A program made the translations under genes and the position numbers. A DNA stretch of 64,000 nucleotides from Balanoglossus misakiensis. Its lineage: Eukaryota; Animalia; Hemichordata. The DNA lies in assembly GCA_040954595.2 (NCBI GenBank), contig CM082581.2, positions 4,332,699 through 4,396,698 on the forward strand, read 5' to 3'. This document shows, in pieces, positions 12,972 through 26,162 of this stretch (within the stretch, counting starts at the first letter, position 1; each line of letters opens with the position of its first letter). Below the pieces are notes generated by a model. It was not told the DNA's origin. It did no database searches and was given only the letters and a program-made list of their open reading frames with translations.

Positions 12972-14738
12972 CTTCGATAAGTTGCACAACTCGGTTATCA
13001 TTAAACATTGACTATTTTAATTTTCCAGAGTGGAAAGTTGTTTTCAAAGCTGTATCCAGTCTAGGTAGTTTGAACGTGAAGAATTTATGGACTGGGACAA
13101 GTACATACAATGACGGCGATACGCATGCTCCGTATATCACTTACACATCGGATCATTATAAAAGTTCGGATGCCAACAGCTGGGATACAAGCAGTATTAA
13201 ACAGGTACATCAACTATTTGTTCAGGAGTAAATCCCTGTGTTACATCCATAATTGCTCCCTGTCAGCTATTCTTCATGTTCTCTGTGTGTTTCCTTGTTT
13301 CTGGTTTGTTTATTATGTTCTCCATTTTCTGTTGAGTTGCAGTGTTCCCTGACAAATTACATGTACGTATCTTACATGTACATCTGCTTCAACACGAATG
13401 ACAAACATTTCCACTTTAAGCGTATACTGTCCAATCTGTTTAGAATAGTGTGAACTGCTTCGTTCTTACAAGTTGATGTGTGTGTCTCCCTATACATGCA
13501 ACTTTGAGATTTTGTTAAACGTTTAAACTGTGTATACCAATACAGGCTTTGGTAAAATTACCGGGTCCCGCCAGTAACCATGTCAACATAAACTTTTATA
13601 TGTAACGGCCATTTTATGTTTTTACGCAAGACTTTAATTTAATTAAACCAGCTATTCTAGACATTAAGGTTCTTTTATAAAATTAAGTAATAGCTCTTTC
13701 ATCATGCTTTGTGCGTTAGAACAAGAAACCGATTTGATACATTGAAAATGAAAAGATACAGGAGCACACGAGCTAATTTATGGGGTTTTTGCTTTCCTTT
13801 CTTCAGATCAAATTTGCCTTCTTTGACAGTGGCGTTGAGAAGATGAGTTTAGTATTCGATGCAACTGGCACTAGTAGGACCAGCTGGTATTCATCTAGTT
13901 ATCTCATCTATGCACCTTACACTGATGTCTACAGTGCCGGAAAGAATTACTTCTCAATGACCGGGTAGGTATCTAAATATCATAAAAGCATCTAGGCGGA
14001 TAACACCTTACTGAACATTTCACTAAAAATAAACACCTTCTGTAGTTCCTTGGATCTTATGATCATATATACAATGTACTAGTATGTTTGTGATATGCAA
14101 CAGTTATTTGGTAGTTAAGCAAAATATCACTTGAATTTGTCACTTGGGGTCAGTATTGGCGGGTGTGGCATACTAGCAGGGTATGGTTACCCAAATCAGA
14201 CACTTGGTACCACCACTTAGCATGGGTTCAAGATGATCTTGTTGCAACTGTCATTTTTTTCTCTTATTTCTTTCTTGGACCTGGTAATTTGCTTACCTAG
14301 AATGATATTGATTATTGCCTGATTTAATGTATTATGCATATGATGTGATCACGTGAGGTGGGGGTCTAGCTGTAAAGTAACCAAGATGCCGTCCATTTTA
14401 TGTGTATACATGTATCATGTTTCAGAAATTAAGGAGATTCAAAGTAAACAGGTATACAAATTGTATTATTATTATTTTATTTCATATTTCAGACATGAGA
14501 GCGGAACGTCTCTTTTACGACATTTCTTCCTGAGTAGCTACTACAATGGATGCAGTGGAGATGCGGGTTGGGTGGTCGTCTCTGATCCCCCTACCGGTGG
14601 TGGGTGCAGTTGGGATAATCTGGTAACAAGACCTGTATTCCTCTACAATACTGCTACTACCAGACAGGCCTTTGCATCCGGTAAGCATGTTATTACTACT
14701 GCAATTGTTACTGCTGCTCCTGGTGTTGGTGGTGGTGG

Positions 14739-14824
<86 letters not shown>

Positions 14825-17800
14825 GTGGTGGTATTGTGTTGTTGGTGGTGATGATGATGATAGAATATTTGAGAATGATTGAATATTTCTTTATAATCAA
14901 CAATATACTCCATTTATTCTTCGGAACTTCTCAACAACAGTAGCCGATATGAAAGAGAAGTATATGGTCTAGCCATTTGCAGAAGCTTTGCCGAATCCTC
15001 CATTTCAACGTAGAGTGTCATTTGCTTGAACTTCCCACTTTTCTTCTCTCACCAGGATCCATGGCAGCTGCCCCTGTCATGGCCATTTTCTACAAAGAGA
15101 CAGGTAGGTTGCACTCAATTCAAAGATCATCTGAGTTGGTACGACGTGTCCTTTCCAAGTGATATTTATGTCATTTCATATATTTTTACTGTTTTTTAAA
15201 CAAAAATTTGCGAGCATACCCATCCGTATGCTAAAGTTCATAGGTCAAATATACAGTACATGTATTTACATGGCTGGGTGTAAAGACACTCACACTACCA
15301 TAAAGACAATCAACAATACACAGAGAACGAAGTCAAATCCGTGATAGATAGATATACATGTACATTCATGTATGTACTTCAGGCAAAAAAGACCAGGAAG
15401 TCCATATACCACTCGATACAAATACTTCAATGTACCACTCGATTCCACTCGATACAACTACTTCGATACAAATACATGTACACAATAACTCACACATCTG
15501 TACTCATTTTCATGGCATGAAACTGCTATTTGTAAATGACGAATTCACCTTTCTCCATTTCCATTCCAAAGTGGATACGTCCGATAGTGAGCTGTGTGAC
15601 TCTGGTTGGACACACGATGGCAATGGATGCTACAAAGCGTTTGAAGATACAAAAACCTGGTTTGCAGCCGTTGATGCCTGCCGCGCACTCGGTGATGACG
15701 TCGATCTCGTCAGTATCCATAGTTACGACGAAGCCATGCACGTGCTTGCAATGTCAAGGTATTTGCGAGTCTTTACTTGGAAATCTTTCTTATATCTCTT
15801 TTAGTACGCATGCGCTCTATGATGTGGGCGCATCAATTGTTGCTTAGTCCACAAATACAAAATTCAATTTAGTAGCGACAGCGGCCAAACCACCAACACG
15901 GTATTTCTTTGATGCACACATTATCTTTGAAAGTGTAACAATTTGTCATCATAAACTGTTTGAAAAACACAACCAATTAAATAGATGCCATAGGCCTACA
16001 TGTAAATCATGAGGTGTGGTGTAATATCCGTTATACCAAATTGAGTTACGTTCTTATTATAGAGAAGCTTTTTATTATCAAAAACGTGTTTCTATACGAC
16101 ATGTATCTTGTAGTAAGTGTCAGAATGAGAGTAAGTGAGTGAAATGCAACGTCTGGCCAAAAACGGTGGTGGAAACGCCCCCAACGTCGTCAATCACTAC
16201 CAAGAGGCTGGTATCTACTTCACAGTCTGTGCAAGGTTCATTTCATAGTTTCAATTCGCAGTGTGTGCCTGCTAAAATAAAAGCCTGGTTGTAAGTACCC
16301 ATGATCTCACACAATTACAGGTGGACCTTTGACTCCACTAATTACTGGATTGGATTGAATGATTTAGACGACGAAGGAGATTGGAAGTGGATTGATGGCA
16401 CTCCATACGATTATTCCAGGTGGAAATCAGGAGAACCTAACAACGGTAAGTGTCTATAGGAAATTTCACTTCCACCATATATCATAATTCTCAAATATGG
16501 GTCAGAATAAACTGAAATTTGAAGGACAATAAAATAAAACAAAATAATTATTATTTATGTTCTGGAAATTAATTGCATGTTATAATTATAGTTCAGATCA
16601 CCTCCGTGTACTTCCTTATCCAGATTAACGAGGATTACCTAAAGACAAACTCAACTGGCTGCTTAACTATTTCCCCTAATTCCCGTTTTGATATTTTGTC
16701 ATTTATCTAAAATAAATTCCGCTTTTGAGAACTAACTCACGATATTGACATCTGGAAAATATCTAATCATTATTATCATTACTATTTACCGCAGCTAATG
16801 GTATGGAAGATTGTGCCTGTTTAACATGGAATACAGACGCTACATGGAGCGACGGAACATGTGGCAATTCCTATAGATATATCTGTAAATATCCACTGCA
16901 TGTTGGTGAGTACGATTTCATTCTTTTAGGTTTTTAAAGAGGATACACGTGTAATTAATGATTTTACAAAACGGATATGAGGGCGCACCAACCGCTTAGT
17001 ATGATATTGTAGTTTCTCTGGTCAGTCCAGCTTTGATGTCGCTTCGGAGGTAGACTTAATTCTGTCACCCTCGTTTCCCCTTACGAAGGTCCAACATTGC
17101 TATTGAAAACAATGATACTAGTAATATCGGACCAAATCATGACGGTGATAAGGTTCGAAAAGCCCCTGGTTTAAGTCTCAAGGAATATCAAAAGTATGAA
17201 TGTTTTGACATTATGATTGTTTCTTGCGAGAATTGACACCGTTACAAGATCTATCCTGAGGTCGTTGACATTTGATAGTTAGGACGCATGAAAACATGTA
17301 ATGACGTCATTTATGGTACACATCAGAATTATTCAGGTTCTCAATGAGTTATGATTATATCACGTCGATGTGATAATAGTTTAACGCAAGCAATTTCTGA
17401 AATAAAATAACGAAAGGCCAAAAATGAATGTCAAATTACAATATCCCTTTATAAATCAAGAATCGAGTGTAAGCCACGAGAGATGTGTATTTGTGTTATG
17501 GAGACAACAGTGTCCACTTTTGGTTTCCTCTAACCCCTTGTCGTTGTCTCTCAATAAACAGCTTCGTGTGCAGAATGGAAACGTAAAGGCTACACATCCA
17601 ACGGTTATTTCACCATTGATCCTGATGGACCTTACAATGGCGTCGACCCTTTCCGTGTTTACTGTGACATGACAAGCGATACTTACGGTAAGGAAAGCAA
17701 CATTCTCACTCTCAGAAATCCAAACTGTGATATTTAAATTGGTGGATTTCATTTTGTGGACTTGCAAATATGGAAATGAGTCGAATGCAGAGAATGATTG

Positions 17801-20800
17801 ATTACAAACGCGAATAAACTGTGACAAAAATCGTCCAAAACACGCTCTTCCGTCCATTGTCGTTAGGAACAACTGTCATCCATCATGGACAAGAGACACG
17901 TGGTTATGTTACCGGATATGAAAATCCATTGAGCTATGCAGTTGACGTCATCTATGATCATGGTGTGACGATGGATCAAGTGAAGGCGCTACTCGATTCA
18001 TCAGACAGTTGCTGGCAGTACGCCAAGGTAATTATTCAAGCCCCGTGAGCTGCCAAATTTCACATATCCCCCCCCCCACAATAATACTTCAAATCTTCTC
18101 CCTATCCTTTAGAATCCTCGCCATCTTACTTGTATTTGCATCAGTTGGTCATCTCTTGTCGACGCCATATACCAGCTGAGTACTCTCTGTGTGGAGGCCG
18201 ATTAAACGGGTGCGCCACCCGTTTAATATATCACTTGCTCAAATTGCAACATACATCAGCCACTATCGGTTTTTGTTTGGAAAATGATGTACCAAGAGAT
18301 TTAAACCGAGAATGTATGTTGTACTTTTTCAATATTTTAGAATTCCTTCATTTAGACTTAAGCATGTGGGTGTTCAGGGCTATACACGAGTACAATACTG
18401 AGACAGAGTCACTCGAACTTTCCAAAACAAACAGAACTCAAAAGTCATGGAGTCACACAGTGTAGAACGTGTTCAAACCGACTATTTTTGTCGGTTTGTA
18501 TAGAGGTACTTGGTTTGTGGAGATTATTTTAACACGATGTGTGGAGTGAAATACTCGGTATAAACAGGTTTCCAGATAATACGTTTCGTTTCGGACTGAT
18601 TTCCCTGTGGACGGCATGGGCACATGACCTAATTGGGACGTCAAGTGCCCAAAGCAGTCACCACACAGAATGACAGAGTTGCTGTCCTTTCAAGTCTGTT
18701 CAGAGATATTTCGTGTTTTGAGATGACGGAGATAAAATAAAATATTTCCTCTTTGTTTTTTTACATCAGTATGAATGCAAAGGCTCTATCATATACAGCG
18801 GAAGCAATTATGCTGGATGGTACAATCGCGATGGTACCCAGATGACCAACTGGGCAGGTGCTCCCGCCGGAGAAGCTAAGTGCGCATGCGCAGTCGAAGG
18901 TAAATCGGACGACTAAAGATACAGTCGGTCCGTGCTGATTAGTTCAATGGTTCTTTCGTCACAAGCGAGGTTGCCTCGTCACGAATATTATTTGTCAATT
19001 TTTAGAAGGGAAGTGAGAATACAACAGGAGGCATTATTGTTTTAGTTGTATTCCCCTGTACACATGCGATACAATTTGGAAATAGATTGATTCCCTTGCC
19101 CTTTTTGTCTTTGCCATGCGCGGTGTTACAACTTCGAATGTTACATTCTTTTTGTCGGTTCTTGACACAGACATAACTTTTTTCCAGTTTTTAAAAACTG
19201 AAAAAACTCGATTCACAGTTGGTCATTTGACGAATTCTGTGGCAGGCAACACAAATATTGTGACTGAGCAACAGGGGATGGTTCCTCTTAGTTTCTTTGG
19301 CCATGTCATCTGAGTATTTCAAAGATTACAGTTTTTTTTCTCGATGATGTTCATTTTGAAGGCATCTTCAAAGTAGATCGAGGAACGATAACGATCGAGT
19401 AAGCCAAATCTTAACGAAAAACTGCATATATAAAGTAAAGTAAAGTAAAGGGACTGGGTGATGCCATTGTTTACACCAGAATTGTATCTAACCTGTGACC
19501 CTTCTGAAAAGTGTCTACAACTCAAGTTTGAATCAATCGTTTCGTTTACTAGCATCATTTGCATTTACTTGTAAGGTACCTGTGATGGAGGCATGTCCAC
19601 TTGTAGTTGTGACGTCAACGATGGTACTTGGCGATACGACGAGGGTACGATCACCGATAAAGAATATTTGCCTGTCACTAAGTTGGGTTTCGGTGATACT
19701 GGTTCTGCTTCCGAAGAGGGCTATTTCACATTGGGGGCGCTTTACTGTAGAGGCGATATATCTGGTGAGTACCGTCACCTCTAATTTACATATACCTATA
19801 AAGGGTAAAAAGAGAGTCCCTAAATATTCGTGTGACCACGTGTTGGCGCACTTTTTTTTCGCATTTGCCGGCCACCGTACTGAAAATCTATGTTCGGCTA
19901 TAGATTTCAATTTCCCTTGTTCTCAGTCTGTTGATAAATTTGCATAGGCGACCGTATCCGATTTTAGGCATTTGAGATATCCCCCCCCCCCCCGAAACTT
20001 ATGGGAGTAAGCTTATATGTTTCCAAGATTCATTCATTTAAAGGATATAAGACTCATAGCACATGCAGACATACATATACTGTCGATTGATTTCACCACA
20101 AAATTAAAGATCTATTCCACGTGGTAAACTCAACTTCTGTCGTCAGGACTTCTGACCAGTGTAGGATACTGTTGCACAGCTAAAAGTAGGACAGAAGACA
20201 TTTCGCCCAATGTCTTAATTCCCATTTATATACACGTCTCTCCGCACGAACTACACAATGCATATGTGTTTCTTTCAGCTGCCATGACGTCACGCTCAGA
20301 TTTCCACCTCATCCCGTTCAGTTACATCAACGGCAATGACAATGAGCAGGTGTCAAGTTCAAGTGCTTCCAGCTGCGCCGACCAATGTGTGGCCAGTACC
20401 AGCTTTGATTGCCTCTCGTTTGAATTCGACGAATCGGCTTCATCCTGCTCCTTGAGTAACTACAATCATGTTTTGGCGGGTGGTGTTACCAGCAGTGCAT
20501 CTAAACATCTTTATGTCAGAAAATGTGAGTGGATCTTCATACTACATACCGAGGAATGAATGAATGACCGAATGAATGAATTATTGATTGATTGATTAAT
20601 TAAATAAATGAATGAATGAATCGAAGATTTTTAAGAATGTAAAATTCAGGCTTTCTCCAATGTCTCCTGGTGTCACAGATCAAGGGAACAACAGTTTAAA
20701 AATGACTGATATTTTTGTGAATTGATTATATGTTTTGAAATCAGAAGTTTTAATATGTAAAAGACTCCTGTATAAATTGAGGAAACGAGTTATGATATAA

Positions 20801-23800
20801 TTTATGAATTGTGAAATATTTACTTTACAGTTGCTGAAAATGTCAACTTATTCAATGGTAAGTACAGCAGTTGTTAACAGATAATCTTCTTAGAATTATT
20901 AATAATGGGAGTGGAAAAGAGGTTGTAGGAGTGATGACATGGATCAAACGCCAAACGCGCAATTAACGCGAATCATTGCTCCAGTTCGGTTGTGGTAAAG
21001 GTTTCAATGTGGTCTATGTTGCACGTTAATGTTGCGACCAATGATGAACAACAAGTTTCACCAGGGAGAGAGTCAATGTGAAAACCATGATAAGCAACCA
21101 TGCCGGATACTTTTGAGTTTCCAACCAATTATGACGTGGAACCAGAACAGTGTCGACGTGACTGGGTATAAAGACCACTAACACTGATACAGTTCCTCAG
21201 AGAAACTTTGATTGTTTTTACAGAGCAAGACAACTGTAACAGCGGCTGGGTTGAGTACGATTCCATGTGTTACTACCCGAGTACAACCACCAAAACGTGG
21301 AACGATGCCGAAACGTGGTGCCAAAGTCAAGGAGGTCAGTATTGAATTTGATGTGCAAAATTAATGTGCAGACTGAAAAAAAGTTTCTCTTAATACAGCC
21401 TCTCTCGCCTCAGACTTATCGTCTGATTGAACGTGTGCCCTCAATGGCCAAGTGAAGCTTAGCCTGCATGCGAGTCGGCGAAGGTTTGCTACAGAATATA
21501 CGGTGTGTCTCCTATACGACCGAGGTGCATCGGTGCGCAAGCATTGTACTTGTAGCGAACCGTGGGCTGTGAGAGAGTCTAACAAAGCATGAGCTTGTAA
21601 GCTGTTTATCTTGCAAAACCAATGATGGATAGAATATCGCACTTCACTACACTTTTTTCCGGATACTTCCCCCAGGTCATTTGACGAGCACTGAAAACGA
21701 GGCTGAGTACTCATTCCTGAGGATTATGTTGCGATGGACCCAGTCTGCCACCGATACCTTCATGATTGGATACAATGATGTGGACAACGAAGGTACAGTT
21801 ATACATGCAATCATTTCTCAGGCTTTGAATGGTTGATAGTATGGTGTGGTAGTCAGACATGAAGACACGTTAACAACTGAAAATGAGACAAATCATTACC
21901 TTATCTCTGTATCTTTATTATATTACTGGTAATAGCAACGCGGTTTTTATACATTTGTAGAGGTGAAAAGAAAATACCAAGCCTTACACATTTCGTTACT
22001 TTTCTTACTGCTATATGATCCTAGGTCGGCCTCTCAGCCGAACGTACTTTTCTGTTGATTTATGCAAATCTGATTTCCATGATCAAGAGAGAGTGTATTG
22101 CTTGCACCTTATCCATATTGTGTCCATACGTCTCTTCAGGTAAATGGGTGGAGGCCGATGGCACCACACACACATTCACGCGTTGGCGAAGCAGCGAACC
22201 GAACGGTGGCGTGCTTGAAAACGCTGTGTTAATGGCAACACGTGACAATGACGATTGGATTGACGCCAACGTTGAGAGCTCCTATCAGTTCATATGCAAA
22301 GCTGGCATTGGTAAGAAAAGAATATTTAACATTAAATATTAACATTTCGCATGGCGTTTATTACTTGTGGTGTGTTTCTTACGGTGGCGCCTACATGCCA
22401 CGTGCATTTTTTTAAAAGTTAAACTTTTATTTTTCTAGACAATATCTTACAACTAATTCAGTTGTTCTGACAATTTAATTTGACTTCGATTTCTAATGAG
22501 TTACTATGTTCATGAACGTCCATAGGTGCTTCTAATGATTTACTATGTTCATGTACTTTCATAGGTGCTTCTGCAATACCTCAACCGACAGAGAACCCGT
22601 CTTGTTCCAATGGCTGGTCGTCTTATGAAAACAGCTGTTACTATTTCAGCTCGGACACGAAGACATATTCTCAGGCGCAGACTCAATGCAAATCCATGGA
22701 CAGTGATCTGATCACTATTGACAGTGAAGGCGAATGGAATTTCACCCTGCTGTACATACGTTCTCGTTTTAGAACACGTGATCACTGGGTTGGTATGACT
22801 GATGTTGATACTGAAGGTAGGAACATTTGCATAATTATTATGTTCTATCCATATTTACAAATTTCTCTGATTGATTGATTGATTGATTGATATTTACACT
22901 GTCGTGTTGTATGACACATAGCCACAGCAGGGACCAGATAGATCCGTGTTAGCTTAGTTACGTTACTTGCTTTCAAGCAGAACAAAATACTGAAAACATA
23001 GCGAAAAGCTACAGCTAATTGAGCGTTAAACAACTGTTACACATAAAAAATTGTAAACCTTGGTGTGTCTTCAGGTACGTGGCTTTGGGAAAATGGCGGC
23101 AAGGAACCGACTGGAACCGCGCACTGGATATCCGGGTCGCCCGATAATTCTGGCAGCTCAGAACACTGCGCTTGGTTTGACAGATACAATGGTTATGAAG
23201 ACTCCAATTGTGATAGCGCCACCTATTACATCTGCGAAGATGATCTATGTAAGTCAGAAATGGTCTTTATTATGACAATGTATGAGACCTCACATATCAG
23301 CTCAAAATTTATCATATAGTCCTAGTTGTGATGACCAGTGTATATAGTGCCAGATGAAAAGAAAAAAACATAATTACACTAGCTGAAAAGGTAACGAGTA
23401 AACATACATCTCTGCAACAGTTTGTATCTTAATACATTTATCAACATCAAAAATAAGACTGCGTGTTCACAGGTGTAATTATGTAATTTCTTCACTAGTG
23501 ATAACTGATGCTCCGAATGACTTAGAAGCCAGCGTACAGAGTACTACAAGCGCTATTTTCACGTGGTCTGCTCCGCTGCAAATGGACGCACAAAACGCAG
23601 ACTTGATTGGCTATAAGGTAAGAAGGGCAATGCGGTCTTTCCACCGAACACTGCGGCGTAGAAGAGTTGGACAAAAATCCGTGTCGTTGATGCAACCTGC
23701 TCATGTTGGCATGTTTACAGAGAGCGAGAGAGTACTTTGGGTGTCTACTCCCATTAGGTTTCAAAAATAGATTAAACTTCAGCTGCATAAAATCCCTTAA

Positions 23801-24846
23801 GAATAAACTAATAAGAACAGGTTGGAAACTGAATATTAACGGATATTTGTCTATCAAAACAAAAGACGGATTCAAATAATTAAAGAAATGTAGCTTATAA
23901 TCATACATGTATAGATGTACTGCACTAGGCTATATACCCATCTGCAAATCCCACGTAAGTAAGACTTCAAATCTTGAGACTATATTTCATCATTATAAAC
24001 CAACAAACTGTTAATATGTTCTCTTTCAGTTGTACTATTGGATTCGTGACAAGCAAAGTGAAAGCACACAGTCAGTAACGGTGACTTCTGCCGACACCTT
24101 CACTCTAGTGCTAGACGCATTGGCACCAGGCACAAGTTATGAGTTTTACATAACGGGTTACAACAGTTATGGCGAAGGACCAGAGTCAGACCCGCCTGGA
24201 AACTTGACGACACAGTCAGCCCGTAAGTTGTTACAATCGTTTATTTTTCTGTCACCTGATTTTATACATGTAAATAGTCTCTTTGAGTGAAATCTTGGAA
24301 CTACGTGTACCTTGTAGCTGCTAATACATACATGTACATGTACATGTAGTTTATCGCATTGTGTTGTTAATTTCAACGAATGAATTCGTAAAGAAACACA
24401 AAGTTCAAACCGTGTATTTTTGTAAATTCTATATGAGATACCATGCCAGAATTTCTTGATATTACCTTCAATTTCCTTATTCTGTTTTCGAAAGTTACTT
24501 TTCAGAGAATTTTCAAACAAATATTCTCTGAATTGTTCCCCTTTATCTATATTCTGATGTATTTTCGTTTATTTCGTTTTCAGAGCAACGGAGTGACAGT
24601 TTTGCCTTGAATATCTACAGAATCGAGAAAGGCGTGTATTTACAAAGTCACGTGATATTTTCGACCGAAGCGTTCAGTTTGCAGCATTGCACAAATATTT
24701 GCACAGGGGTTCTAAACTGCCAGTCTGTCAACTTCCACCAGACGACATCGTCAAAGGCCAAAACATGCGAAATCAATGAGGGAACTAAGGAGTCCTATTC
24801 AAGTGACGTCATTAACGATTCCGACTACATTTACGCCGGACTGTAA
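10503..24846 (+). CDS. Secreted multidomain C-type lectin, paralog A (26 exons, 1299 aa): SP-CTLD-Cys10-unknown-CTLD-CASPR-type FBG-PAN-CTLD-CTLD-FN3-PAN
   Basis: Exons, all GT-AG with compatible phases, total 3900 nt: 10503-10524, 10847-10897, 11405-11599, 11990-12172, 12671-12847, 13029-13204, 13807-13964, 14493-14680, 15056-15103, 15572-15758, 16321-16445, 16795-16905, 17562-17687, 17867-18027, 18770-18899, 19576-19764, 20279-20524, 20831-20857, 21224-21334, 21676-21792, 22140-22310, 22565-22816, 23075-23248, 23499-23617, 24030-24222, 24584-24846. The N-terminus [26 protein letters not shown] looks like a signal peptide. CTLD motifs WIGLND, EPN, WDD. FBG motif YFTIDPDG...VYCDM. No transmembrane segment. 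Every exon has a counterpart in paralog B. Confidence 0.88.
12942..12971. repeat. (GAT)n microsatellite, intronic
   Basis: Visible run in intron 5 of paralog A. Confidence 0.9.
14728..14860. repeat. (GGT)n(GAT)n microsatellite, intronic
   Basis: Long GAT run at 14740-14823 in intron 8 of paralog A. It produces spurious poly-D, poly-S and poly-I ORFs. Confidence 0.95.
22491..22572 (+). repeat. 39-bp tandem duplication spanning the exon 22 splice acceptor of paralog A
   Basis: ttctaatgagttactatgttcatgaacgtccataggtgc is followed by ttctaatgatttactatgttcatgtactttcataggtgc. Confidence 0.8.
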
Positions 24847-26162
24847 ATCAACATCTTCCCGCCTTGCAGGGAGACAGGGCTCATAGTCCAGAGGCCATCA
24901 TTTCAACGGTTTCAGTTTCAGAAAATGTACAATTCCATCTAAAAGTCACCCACTTGACTTGTTCAGTAGGAACTTTTGTCCTGTCAGCTAGCAAACGTTT
25001 GTGTGGGTTTGTTTTCTATTTACGATATTGAATCTTGATTTGCCATATGCATTAAAAACGTAAGAGTCACTTTCGGCCTACCTATTTTTGTCTCAATATG
25101 GCGATTATTTTAGAACGTTCACATTCTGTATGTTGCAGCACGCCCCCAGTAGCGCTTCTAAAGAAAAACATTTTTATAATGATTGAGTGTACGCAACATT
25201 TAATGTAAAGTCTATAGTGTCGTACGTGATGCACATACCGGTATAAGCTTATTTAGTCTAGTCATATCACGAAAATGGTTGGAAAAATCTGTTTGTAGAG
25301 AAAAGTTTGTATATACCTCTCTCATATTTATATGCATTATTATTTTGTCAATATTTTCCAATGTACAAACTTTGCAGTTTTAATGCCTTAAAGTGTGAAA
25401 CAAGATAAATCTTATGATTTCCTGTAACTATAATCAAACGCATTTTATGTCGGTACAATGAATTGTATATTTCTTTGTAAAATACCGGTACTCTATAATT
25501 ATTAAAATGTGTTCTTTACACCCTCCTTCAGTGTAACCAGTCCTATTATTGATATACCGTGACGTTTGGTGACGTCAATGCAATTTGCGTTGATACATAC
25601 ATCTTCTACCTCGTGCCTCATTTTAACGTAATCCACCGTATCCTGACCCGCAGTAGCCTATGACACCATCCGTTTTCTTCAAATCATGGTTTCATTGCAT
25701 GAAAACCAATCGTAAATGGAAGAAAACAAGTTTAAGTATACGCATGCGCATTGTCTATGCGCTCCAGTTTCAACTGAAGACGTGCTTCTTACAAGACTAT
25801 AAGAAAAGCACCATGTATTGATTATATTGATTTGTTAAAACACGCACTAATGTCGACATAATAAATGATATAAGAAGACGCCAAAATACTGGGACACTAT
25901 GCTTATGCGATTATTTGTCACTATTTATGCAGAAATATGAGTATTAGAAATTGAAGTAATATCAAGAAATTCTGGTATGTTATCTTATATACAATTAACA
26001 ACTACATACACGGTTTGAAGACCGCACATGTAGAGATCATCGATGCGGGTTATGTAATACATTGTGGGGAATGCGGTCATGTGATATGTTTTCCAAATGA
26101 GGCCTTTGTTTTGCAACTTGAAGTCATGTAGTCTGTTGCTCAGTGGGAAACTCGGCGGAAGT

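Noticed and set aside
14353-14943. ORF with a poly-Asp tract (acidic, biomineral-like protein)
   Set aside because: The poly-D comes from an intronic (GAT)n microsatellite beyond the donor at 14681.
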